Shown piece by piece: positions 50,601 through 64,000 of a stretch of 64,000 bases of DNA. The stretch comes from Klebsormidium nitens (Eukaryota > Plantae > Klebsormidiophyceae). The stretch lies in NCBI GenBank assembly GCA_000708835.1, contig DF236952.1:124001-188000 (forward strand). Reading direction: 5' to 3'. The notes below the pieces were generated by a model, which had not been told where the DNA came from, did not search any database, and was given only the letters and a program-made list of their open reading frames with translations. Position 1 is the first letter of the stretch; each line of letters opens with the position of its first letter. The position numbers and the translations under genes were made by a program.

Positions 50601-53600
50601 ATCTGCGTCGAGCACTGCGTTTGGAAGGTTTACTTGCAGACTGCGCAAAGAGATATGGATGTCTTGCACAGGGGTCAGATCCATCATGTGCTTTGCTTTT
50701 TGCTTGACAGAAGGTGGAGAAGACCTCTGCAGGGCTTTGGATAAAAAAGGAAGCTGAAGCTGGATAATCTCTTCCTTGTTTCGCTGAGTGCAGGAGATCA
50801 AGGATATTATCTCCTATCTGAAGTTGATCGCCAACCCGCTGGACGAGGTCGCGCTTAACCGAGTGCTCAACGTTCCCAGCCGAGGTGAGAATGGCCTTTG
50901 TTGTCAGGACGTTCTCTGCTCGTCATTAAGGGGCTTGCAGTATCCTGTTACGGAAACAATCAGGAAGTGCTGCTGGACAGTCGCTTCCTTGCAAAGGCTC
51001 ACAATCACTGCCCACCATTTGGATTAGCTGGGCAGCGTCGGAAATAAACTTGTCCCGCTTTCAATCTGGTTCTGCGCGTTACCAGCTCAAACCCGTTGAA
51101 ACTTTTGAAACAATCCTCATGTAGGTTCACGAACAGACCGGGGTGCCTTCTGGCCGACTTTGAACGTCTGAGATGTCGTCTCACTCTGCTCAGCAAAGTT
51201 CAGCGAAGCTTGACTTCCCCCTCTTTCAACCGCAGGGATTGGGGAGAAGTCGGTGGAGAAGCTTCAACTGTGGGCTGCCTCCCTTGACATGACGCTCCCG
51301 CAAGCCCTTCATGTAAGCGCATGCGCTCTTTCTTACTTCCGAAACAGTTACGACTATAGGGTTTCAGGGCTTTGAAAAGGAATCGTAGCAAGCTTCTATC
51401 ATCCCGCTGTAGCATCCTTTCGCACAGCTTTCGTTGCGATCTGTCTGAGGACGAGCGACGGCGTGTCTTGGCTCTGCTGGGGCTGCATGCTGTCGCGTCC
51501 GTTGAAAAAGCATCCGAAGTCTCAGGAGGGCGTGTTTCTCAAAGTGTCGCCTTTTCGAGCACGGCACTTGACTGCAAGTGGCAGGTCCTTCACAAATTGC
51601 GACCACTCTTTCGCAGTGGTCTCGTCCCTCGCAAAAGCTCACCTACCCCCGAGCTTCTTTGCGGGAAAAGCGGTGTGTTGCGTTGTTCAACAGCATTGAT
51701 TCATCCCGCTCTTCCATCACTTCTGGTCCTTCCATCTCGAGCTATCATTTCAGCTTTGCTTGGAAGCACTGGTTCTGCACGTTTTTAGCTTCTCGCAAAT
51801 CGGCTTACTTTGCCGATTCTTTCACCTTTGTGGAACCCAGGGCATACTCGATCGACGCTTCCTCTTTATTCTGGCTGATAATACCGCCTTTGACTGTGCA
51901 GGAGTACCGGAAGCAGTTGCCAGACAGTCTCGCTCTCACCAGCCGAATCAAGTGAGTTCTGGCTCCAGTTAGCCTGCTCGGTCTTCGTGCTCTTGCACAA
52001 TCTTCCTTATCGGTCTTGGAGAACTTTTCGTTGTCGCTGGAAAATAACCTCGGTAGCAGAGAAAAAGATTACCTATTCTATGAATGTAATGTGGGTCGGT
52101 TCGTGTGGTCAAATACCAGCCTCAGATCTGACGTGGACCAACATTAGCTACTTGACGGGTCCGTGTGCCAGAAACGAGTAAGCGCCGGTGGAAGCCGTCG
52201 CCATGCCTTTGGACCGCGAATGTCGAAGTCCTTCAGTCCGTTCGCTAACAAGCCAATCCCTGAGCAAGCAAGCATTGGAGGTGCTTGCGAATTCATTGAC
52301 CTTGCAAGGCGGACGCGCCTTCTCAGAATTCATGTGCGTTTTGACTATTCTTGTTGGTTTCGTGCAGGTCTGCCGTGCAGCGGTTCACTCTGCTGATGGA
52401 TCATTTGTCCGTGATGAGCCAAACCGAGTCGCTGGACGTGCTGATACGGGAGATTCTGCAGAGGTGAGGCGATTGGAGGAACCATGCTTGATGCGCGTTT
52501 GGAGACAGATTGATAAATCAGGGAGGCGGTCCGACAGCCCCGCTGGTAAATCAAGAATTGGTGATCCTCAGTACTTGCGATTCTCAGTTGCATTCAGACC
52601 TTGATCGTTCTTTCACAACAACCTACGAAAGTCCCTTGAACTATCGGGTGGGGTGATCAGCACAACAGCTGGTGCTTTCTCACACCTCGATGTTTCTGAG
52701 AAGATGCCTTTTCATGATTATAAGAAGCCTCTGTTCGTTGCTTTCCAGGACGGACTACGAGCAGCGTATCTTCGCGACCAGGACGGAGGACGATGACGGT
52801 CTTTGCAAGCTTTTCCAGCCCTTCCACTGGATTTTATCAAGATTGAACTGAAGTTGTCGCGTCCAATCTTCCATAACGACCCTGTTTTCAATCCGTTTGA
52901 GGATGAGTTACGAGCAACACATTCTGGCGACCAAGACGGAGGACATGGACGAACGTTGCAAGTCTAAGCAGCCGATCAGACGTGGACCCAGCTCATTGAC
53001 TTCTGGGAAAACTTGATATTTCATCCAAAGCTCTCTCTAGCAGTCCTTAGGACAGATTACGAGCAGCACGTTCCCACGACCAGGACGGAGGATATGGACG
53101 GAAAGTGCGAAACCTACACAGCATCTCGCAAGCGGACCCACGTAAAAGGTTTCCTAAACAAGGCGCGCTCTATGACTGACGAAGTTCCTGAATTGTGCCT
53201 GTCCAGGACGGACTACGACCATTACATCCTCGCAGTCAAGACGGAGAACGTGGACGGGACTTGCAAATCGACACAGTCTTTCAAGGAAACCCGACAAAGT
53301 CGTGTTCTCGTCTGCCCAACGCGCCTGTTCTCCTACTTTCCAGGACGGAATACGAGGCGCACATCTTCACGACCAAGTCGGAGGACATGGCGGAGAAGCG
53401 CGAGCGGTGGGAGCACGTCCAGGACCTGCGGCAGGCCGCGCGCGAGCACGAGCGCAAGAACGGGGCCGGGGCGGCCGCGCTAGCGTCGTTCCTAGAGGAC
53501 GTGGCGCTCGCGGCCGCGGTGGACGAGGAAGGGGTGGAGGGGGGCGCGAAAAAAGCGGTGGGTGCTCGGACTGACCCGTAAATTGTGTTTCCCACTGGGC

Positions 53601-55112
53601 CCGACCCTAAAGCTCGTGGGTCTTTCGAATAGGTATGGTGAGCTCAACTTATAGGACTGGGACGGGTAGGGTTAGTAAAGTGGTTAGGGTGGGTACGGGT
53701 GCGGAGCGGGTGATTATTGGGGTTCAGGTTTAAAGTGTTAGCTTCGTCTTTTTAAACTTGAGCTTACTAAATATTTTAGAGAGGTATCTAAGGCGCTGGA
53801 GGTTGTGCGTGCCAAGTCCTGTATCCTTCTCCTATCCCGAGAGTTACTCTATTTTCTTCTTATTGCGACGGCGCTCGACAAGGAATCAGGGAGGCCTTGA
53901 CACGCAGAATGACCCCCTCCCTCTCACTGACTCGACAAGGTGGATACACGCGACCTCCAGTCTGTGTCTTTTTCTTTAACCTCCTCCAACACCGAAGTGT
54001 CAAAGCGTGAGCGCCCAGATCCAGTGTACAAAGCTCTCCTCTTAGGCCCAGCCGATGATGAAGCTGATCTTGAAACACCCGCCCACGGGCCTTGGATGAA
54101 CGTCTATAGCATCAAGATCGTGAAGCTTTGAGCCCGTCGGTATAGCACTGCCTCAGAATCCTAGTAGTCCTTCTGTTCTCCTCAGGGCAACAATTTCGCA
54201 GGCGGCTCAGCGAGGTCATGAAGCGGATGAGTGCGGTTATTCTCGAGAGTTCGTAGACTGCCCAGGCTGTCGTAAAATCGACGACTCTTTACACGCCGTC
54301 GATTCATTTGGCGTCCAGACGCCTACATGGAAGCTGCAATTTTAGAACCTAAACTTCGGATTTCTAATCACAGGGCAAGAGCGCGCAGGCGGCGCAACCG
54401 GTCGTCAAGCTGATGACAATCCATGCCGCAAAGGGCCTCGAGTTCCCGTGCGTCTTTTTGGTGGGCGTCGAAGAGGGCCTCCTTCCGGTGAACCAGAGCA
54501 TCCCCTACCCGGAACTCGTGGCGGAGGAACGCCGCCTCTGCTACGTGGCAATTACGCGGGCCAGGGACCGATTGTGAGCCACGTGTCGCCCCGGGGTTTG
54601 CTGGTTGGGTTGAGGCGAGGAGAATCTGGAAGAGGAGGGTGCTTGCGTTGCAACTGGACTCTTGTTGTCTGTTTTTCGTTCGTGGGTGATGGAAGATGTC
54701 TCATGTAAGCTACGCAATTTCTTCTATTGGTTAAGCAAGTTCGAGGACATTGGTCAAGAATGATTCCAGAGATTTCGAGATTGCTGTGTTTACAAGTGAT
54801 GACAGAGTTGCCAGTGTTTCTTATTAAGACGCATTCAGATGTTCTTGAAATCAACGCTTTGAGCTCCACGTTTGCTGCTTATTATCGAAGCTACCATGAG
54901 ACTGTTTGGGAGAAATTGTAGTGTCACATAATGAGGCGAAGAATCGCATTGCATCAAGCTCCTTTCCAACGCTTTCATTGAAGTGTCGAGGCGTGTACTC
55001 AGGTCGACTACATCTTCTTTTTTGCAGGTTCCTGTCAAGGGCCGATACACGATTCATCAACGGAAAGGTGCTTTTCCAACGTGCATCTCGGTTCTGGACG
55101 GAGCTGGCTTAG
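38682..55112 (+). CDS. Twinkle-type primase (Zn finger + TOPRIM) fused to UvrD/PcrA-type SF1A helicase, ~1766 aa, probably organelle-targeted
   Basis: 19 exons: 38682-39758, 40075-40497, 40965-41097, 41647-43406, 44199-44285, 45673-45810, 46314-46535, 47023-47112, 48044-48256, 48696-48815, 49343-49486 (GC donor), 50464-50544, 50794-50884, 51236-51312, 51902-51951, 52368-52463, 53344-53557, 54374-54573, 55028-55112; total 5301 nt with all phases consistent. Primase motifs: CPK|CNGG...[38 protein letters not shown]. Helicase motifs: [87 protein letters not shown]. Confidence 0.85.
43571..43745 (+). repeat. Intronic echo copies of the end and donor of exon 4 (Walker A region)
   Basis: GGGAAAACCAAGGTGCT...GGGGGGTGAAGCCCTG...TAAGTGCGGCC is repeated at 43571-43655; a shorter TAAGTGCGGCCCTAGGGAA lies at ~43724. 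Confidence 0.9.
47596..47966 (+). repeat. Three intronic echo copies of the start of the exon carrying helicase motif II
   Basis: GTGGACGA.TT.CA.(G/A)AC at ~47596, ~47736 and ~47921. The nearest copy keeps TGTAG|GCGTACCGC; real exon starts at 48044. Confidence 0.9.
49544..50062 (+). repeat. Five intronic echo copies of the end of exon 11
   Basis: GGGGA(C)(A/G)TGGC.GT.CT...CGCACCAA variants at ~49544, 49702, 49786, 49872 and 50018. Confidence 0.85.
52741..53260 (+). repeat. Four intronic echo copies (~150-bp period) of the start of exon 17
   Basis: AG|GA(C/T)..A.TACGA.CA....CGACCA.GACGGAG.A at 52741, 52901, 53045 and 53201; real exon starts at 53344. Confidence 0.9.
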
Positions 55113-56441
55113 AGCGGCAGCGTCATTCCACTAACCCACAAGATAATTCTCTCAAATACTGCTGACATCTGAAAACGCGTAGGGTCTGCCTTACCACTGG
55201 GGGTGCTCATACTGTGGCTCTAAGTGGGCAGCCTTGGGTTGGCCTGTGACACGCACGTTCTGGGCCCCTGTTTGCATGAAAATATTCAATCTGCATGATT
55301 GTTGTACAGTCTGTTCAACTTGACACTTGAAAAAATACCTTCTAAAAGCCCGGACGAGCCTATGGAGTGATTATCTGAGGTCTCTTATCCCCTAGTTGGA
55401 AATGATGACCACCAAAATACCAAGTAAAACGATCTAGGATTGCACGTTGATGTACTTTTCAGAGTCACCTATTGCAAATTTCCAGACTTGGCACATAGCT
55501 ATGTGCCATGGATGCAATGAATCCTGTGACCGATCGATGATTAGTATGCGTTTGCGAAGTGCACCGACTACCATGCTATGATGCTCCGATTAGGTAGTAT
55601 GCATGCACATCGTTGCTGCCGCGCCATCTGTTGGCTACATATGCCTGGCACTATATATAGGCGACAATCTCTATGTGTACGTATTGTATACCGTGTACGC
55701 GTACAATCAGAATATTGATCGATCAGCTAATTTGACATATATATTCGTTTTAATTCCATTGCATGATCGGATGCACCAACAATGTCAGTGTATGAACATG
55801 ATGCACTGAAGGATCATGGCAAGCATGACCATGTCAGCGGCGCACGCGCAAATGAAGAGCTACTGCAAAATTTGATGTGATAGTAGATTTAACACGTCAC
55901 GTCATATATCCAATTAAAAACTTCACTGCATGCAACTCGGCGTATTGCTCAAGTCCACGCCAGCAATCGTGAAGAGATGCGGCCGAACCATGCACTTAGA
56001 TGTGCAATCATGGCGCGTGACATGGTGCACGCTGTTGTTCAATGTCTACTTCGCGTTAGAAGATGATTTCGATTGCAACATTAACGATGAACCTTGACAA
56101 TCTCTGTTTATCATATCTCTTGCAGTCCTGCAAGAAGCACATGACGTAGCCTGGATTTCAGCTTCTGGCCGATTCTTCACTTGCACAGACTACAGTAGCT
56201 TTGACTTTCGCCAGCATGAGAACTTAGCGATCGTACTCGCAACTTCTTATATAAACTACAATCCCAGAACGTAGACCTGGTATGTATGTACACGTTTCTC
56301 CCTGTACTGTCCATTCTATCGTCCAATGTTGGACGAATCGCACAACCGGGCACAGAACCCATCTTTCCATTTTGACCTACACCTGCCCTGCGCTGCCGTC
56401 TAGAGTGCCGCAATGCGAGCCCCCCGGGACCTTTTCTTAAC

Positions 56442-58875
<2,434 letters not shown>

Positions 58876-59694
58876 CTTCCCTGTGATCTCTCTCCCTCAG
58901 CTGCTCTGCGGCAGCCCCGTCGTCAGTGCTGTTTTGGCTCATGTGACTTGCGCAGGAGAATAAGGTACTTGAAACTGGCCCCCTCGCTACAAATTTCCGC
59001 TTCGCATAGCAAGTAATACTTTGGGTACTGAAGGTTGATTGTTCTGCATACAGAGCTCGTAGGCTGGTTGCAAGTAACGTCTTCAGAGCAAGGAGAGGGG
59101 GAGAGAAGGGTGAGTGGACTTGGCGGACGATGGCTGCTTCCTCTTCTACGTACTGGCTGTGAAACAATGCCGGCCTAAGAAGCCTGTTCAAGGATAGAAA
59201 TCAGCTGCTCTGTTATATGCGAACCTCTTTGCGCCTTTTACCTTTTTATTGTCGAGCTTCAAAGCACAGCTTACGGTGCTGCCGTTTCTGGAGCCGAACT
59301 GACGCTCCCCTCCATCATTGTTATTCTGAAACGAAGCCGGAACAGAGAACCGTTGCGAGGCGGCAGCCACAGGCGAGATCCCGGCAGCTGTCGTCCTTTT
59401 TAATTAATCGACATCTAGGGCTATATTTGAATGATTTCAAACGCGTATGTACAGAATAAAGTAGGTACCACACCATTTGTTCCTCCACGTCTTGCTGCTT
59501 GCACTTCAAGTTCAAGTTGAAACTTGAAAGCCCGCCACAGCAGCTGAAGTGCTACACAGCTGCTGCACCTCCCAATTTTTAAAAGCACTAGGCGCGCACG
59601 TTGATGTTCTTTTGAGGTTGGTTTCGATATCCAGGAAGAGCGGATTGCAGAGGATTTAAACCTCTCCCTGTTCTAGGCCTTGGTGGCATTTGGG
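58876..59694. promoter_or_regulatory. Divergent intergenic region / 5'UTRs of AMMECR1-like and hslV
   Basis: Head-to-head ATGs ~820 bp apart. AG acceptors immediately upstream of both ATGs suggest 5'UTR introns. Confidence 0.35.
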
Positions 59695-62600
59695 ATGGGT
59701 CTCCGCCACCTCGCCCGCCTGGCTGGAATTGCACAACGGGTGCAGTCCACAAGAGGTGGTAAGCGACAGTCGTCCTACCAGAATACTAATTCCAACGTCA
59801 AGTTTGATTGTGATGAGCGGGGCAACAAAAGATTAGAGAGGAAGACACTTTCTTTGATGGAAAAGTGCGCCACTTGCCTTCTTACTTATCTTTCATGCAC
59901 GTGAAAGGACACACTTCAGTAGCTGGGCGTGCACCACAAGCCTGGTCTCAATCAAGATTCAGCATTGCAATGTTTGCATCTGCAGGTGGTATCGTCTCAG
60001 ACTTGCCAGGGTCTTGGCAACAAGCCTGGAGTGGTGTCTCCACAGCATTCAGGTAAATGGCGTCAATTCTTATGGCTACTCCCTGCTTCATCAGTTTCAG
60101 AGAATCTGACCCTACTGCTTGCTGGAGACCTTGCATGTCAACGTGCAGAAAGTGGTTATGTAGAGAGAAAGGTTTGAAGGTTCGTTGCGCACAGAGATTC
60201 TTGCGTAGTGAGCCCCCTGAGTGAGAAAGTCGATCAGAATCTGGTATAGAAAGTTTTGTAAGCTTTGAGCACCCCCGAGTTGATGATTGGATCTTGATCT
60301 GCAACACCCCTGCATGCTGTTGCAGAAGGAAAACACCACACTCCGCTTAGCAATTCTTGCCTCATGATCAGAACTGGCTGCCCTTAGTGGAACCGTACTG
60401 ACGATAGCCACGACCGGTTTGTTTCCCCAGAACAATCGTATGTTGTAAGAAAGGCCGGTCGCACCTCTTGTAAGTGGTCGTGCTTGGTTGCTCAAAACGC
60501 CGCTTTTCCAATCTCCTTGTCTCGCCTGCAGGCTGGAACAGCATCGCTTTGCGTCCTACGATTCGGACGATCGCCGGGTCCGGCACACCACTGTCCTGTG
60601 CGTCCGAAAGGATAATACGGTGGTGATCATGGCGGACGGGCAGGTCACCCTGGGGTCGCAGATCATCAAGCCCAATGTCAAGAAGGTCCGGAGGATCGCA
60701 GACGGAGTGATTGGAGGCTTTGCAGGTGTGCAGCACCGTAGCACAATCATGAAAGGTCTCTTCAGATGATATCAACGTCGGGCTCCCACTGGTCTTAGCT
60801 TCGAAAGCTACTGAACTCGCATGAAGGACGCTGAATTTGTGCTGGGTGATCTCAAGATTCGCTGTTTGCTTTGATTGTTTAGCCTATCATGAATCTCCTT
60901 CTTCTTGAAGGATTTGGTTCTCAAACTCCAATTCAACCAAAGTAAGTTATCTATACAGTTCTTTGAAACAAGTTGTTTCAACCAAATGGGCATTGGCGAT
61001 TGTCGTAATGACCTTTGCGGGGTTGATAGAGAAAGTCTTTTGCAGGACTAACCACCTACTCCGCTCTCTTTTCAGGAACAACGGCGGACGCATTCACGCT
61101 CTTTGAGCGGCTGGAAAACAAGCTCGATGAGAACCAAGGTATGTATTCCCTGAAGGCCTTACTATACTCGAAGCAACTTCACAGGACCTCATACAAGTCG
61201 CTCTTCTGTTGCCATTTTGTCTCGGTCGCATGGCTTCCTTATCATCCCTCACTTTTACGCCCGAAGCTTCTGTTTCGTTTCTGTTTCTCATCCGCATGTG
61301 CCGGCTGATGCTGTTTCGAGGTACCGCAAGCCTGAGCCTGACACACTTCTTCGTCCTTTGCAGGTCAGGTAAGAACGCTCTTCTCTGTCGGAAGAGAAAA
61401 GCAGCATCTTGGCCCAAGGCCAGCGGATTAAAACGGGGCTCAAGTATTTTGTCCTTGTGCCACTGCGCGTCTGGGCGCCACTGCCGTCGTGACTTGCGTA
61501 ACGAACTTGTGCTTTCCCAAGGCTTTGCTCATTGGTTGAAAAGTCGACCCATGCAGATGTTCAGATCGTCGTGGTTTCTTGCCAGTGGTTCCCGCTATCA
61601 TTACCTGTTTTCCGCTACCTAGGACCTCGGATGAAGGAACTCTTTGTGTCTCATTGGCAGTTGATACGGGCAGCAGTGGATCTTGCCAAGGCCTGGCGAA
61701 CGGATAAGTACTTGCGAAAGCTCGACGTAAGTCTGCGCTTCTTAGCAAGCGCTTGTACTGGGCAATTGCTCTCACTGACTGCCTCATATAGCAATGTAAC
61801 CTCGAAGCTATCGTCTCCGATGTACTTCTCCGACTTCCCTCCTCTAATCCTGCGTGTTCTAGCATTCTCAAGCAGGACGAAAAAAGCAGAGTAAGACTTC
61901 AAGAATGGCCACTGCTTTGAGCAGGCTTGAGCACGTTTGAAGGTTATTCGCTTGCTGCGCCCAGGCTGTGATGGTGGTTGCGGACAAGGACGTCTCGCTC
62001 ACGATCACGGGAAACGGTGACGTCTTGGAGCCGCACGATGGGGTCATAGGTGAGCCGTTCTTGAACCGTGATCCAAGTTGCCGACTGCAGTTATCTACTT
62101 ACTCAGCCTGCTAAGTATCGTATTAAGGGGGAAATTCTCAGGACGTTCTTCGGACCTTTGGAAAAGTCGCGTATAAGATCCGAGATTCTCACACGAGTCA
62201 AGCATAACACGAGTGGAAGTCAAGCCGTCAAACAAAAAGTAACTACAGGTTGGCGGATTGCAGTGGGCTTCTCGTGCTTGTATTCCACTTTTACGATTTT
62301 AGGAATGCGGCTATCATTCCGTGAAGCTCGGTTTTGGATGGAGGTTCCGAAAGGAAGCCGTACCTACCAGATGCGGACTGCATCGTTGGACCTGGCGTCA
62401 GCTTCCCTGACTAGAGAGAGCTTTCTTTGGTTTTCTCGTGTTCGCGGATTTTTTAGTGCAGCTTCCGTCAATATGCCTTGACTAAAGTCGATGAATTGAG
62501 TCAGGCGGAAGCATATATTCCCACGAACATAAGTCCATCTACCATGTAGCTCAGAGGAACCGATAGCTTGTCGTTTTGGCGCTCTTTTCAGTCCAGTCAG

Positions 62601-63537
62601 TGCGTCATATTGTCTGAAAGGAGTGCTTTCAGTTGTCTTTGCTCGTGATCACAAAATCGAAAGTTGCCTTCAGGAATTGGATCTGGGGGACCCTACGCCT
62701 TGTCGGCTGCACGGGCACTCATCGACATTCCGGGAATGGATGCTGAGGCAATCGGTAAGCTTTCTTTTGGATGTCTGTTTGAGTGTCCGTTTGAGTTTTA
62801 AATTCTGTTTTTAGCAATCAGGCTCAGAGGCAGTTTTGAAACTGCAAGGACGAAAAAGCACCGAACTCCCGTGTCTGGATCAGCTTTCACATCTATAGAT
62901 TGCTACTATGTCCGGCTGTTCCCACACGATTGTTTTTCGTACGACTGTTTTCTAAACTGGTCGACTTTGGTCAAGCGGGATGGAGAGCACCGGCCTTGGC
63001 AGACCCTGACAGGCCGAGCGGTTGTAAGCCGTTTGCTTTGTTTTCTTGATTGTAGAGCTTTTGCCACAAGGCAGCAGCAGCAAGGTTGGCAATGTCCTTT
63101 CCGTCCGTGTCGGATTAAGTTGGTGTTTCTTATCCCTGGTCGCTCAGATGCTTCGCTTAAAGTGCCTTTGCTTCGTCCGAAAGGCTTGTTGATTGAAAGT
63201 ATGTGGTAGAAAGCCGGGTTGCAAAGGAGACCGAGCTCAAGCGAATCATGACCACCTTTCATCGTCTCCTCCTGCAGCTCGAAAGTCGATGACAATAGCT
63301 GCGGACGTCTGCATATACACAAACCATAACTTTGTCACGGAGACGATCGTCAAGGGAGAAAGACCCAGTCCTGCTCCGACCAGTTCACAAGCAGCACAAG
63401 AAGCAGTCAAGGGTGTTACCGAACCAACGGCAGAAAGTGATTCAGATAAAGTAGACATAGAATCTCTGGGGGAAGAGCCTTTCAAAAGCAGAACGGGTTC
63501 ATCGAGAATCGGAACGACATTCATGATTGATCTATAG
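59695..63537 (+). CDS. hslV: ATP-dependent protease subunit HslV (ClpQ), organelle-targeted precursor (316 aa)
   Basis: Exons 59695-59758, 59920-60052, 60532-60725, 61076-61138, 61364-61368 (5 nt), 61661-61726, 61965-62049, 62674-62754 and 63278-63537 (951 nt, in frame). Motifs [95 protein letters not shown]. The Arg/Ala-rich N-terminus resembles a transit peptide. Confidence 0.93.
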
Positions 63538-64000
63538 AAGCATCCAAAGGTAGGCCTTGTAAATCTGGTGACCTAAGACGTGCGCGCTATCAATGGAGAA
63601 AGAAGCCCTTTTCCTTTTCTTGATGTGCCAATTTTGCAGGCGCTTTAGGACAGCGTCCAACATAGTTGATTCATGATGTCATGGTCGTTTTATTTGGCCG
63701 TCACAACCAACAATCCGTTCATTTGCCAGCATTGTATGTGTGTGTGCGTGTGCAATGACGCTCTTCCATGTGCTTATCGACGTGGTAGCTCAGCCTCGTT
63801 ATCGGATGCAAAGAGCATTCCAGTATAGGCACATGCCTGCATCTCTCACACAGCCCGTTCACGCAATGTGTATCCGGGAGTTTCGAATTCGCTTAAGCAT
63901 GCAGTGCATGCATGTCGGAGCACTGGCTCAGTGCCTCACTGAGTGTGCTTCATACCGTCTGATTCAAGCATAGCAGTATATTACCTAGCGTCGATCATAC

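Noticed and set aside
52741-53344. Regularly spaced repeats with unique intervening sequence resembling a CRISPR array (also 340-860 and 47596-48044)
   Set aside because: The repeats are degenerate copies of adjacent exon edges in a eukaryotic gene, the period is ~150 bp, and no cas genes are present.

Overview
Intron-rich eukaryotic nuclear DNA (GT/GC-AG introns with CTGAC branch points). Gene content and style suggest a streptophyte green alga such as Klebsormidium; this is inference. Ten spliced genes could be reconstructed by hand: (1) a partial CUB-domain gene (-) running off the window start; (2) a DRM-type DNA-methyltransferase pseudo-enzyme (+); (3) a signal peptide-CUB-TM-RING-H2 receptor-like E3 ligase (-), paralogue of gene 1; (4) a chalcone-isomerase-fold fatty-acid-binding protein (+); (5,6) a head-to-head pair of germin/spherulin-like cupins separated by a repeat-dense non-coding element; (7) HBS1 (-); (8) a ~1766-aa protein in which a Twinkle-type primase (Zn finger + TOPRIM) is joined within one exon to a complete bacterial-type UvrD/PcrA SF1A helicase (+); (9) AMMECR1-like (-); (10) organellar HslV with a 5-nt microexon (+). 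The top candidates for novelty are the primase-UvrD fusion, the many decaying tandem 'echo' copies of exon edges and splice sites inside introns, the CUB-TM-RING architecture and the TRD-less dead DRM. No rRNA, tRNA, CRISPR array or autonomous transposon was found. All exon coordinates were derived by eye and need transcript confirmation.
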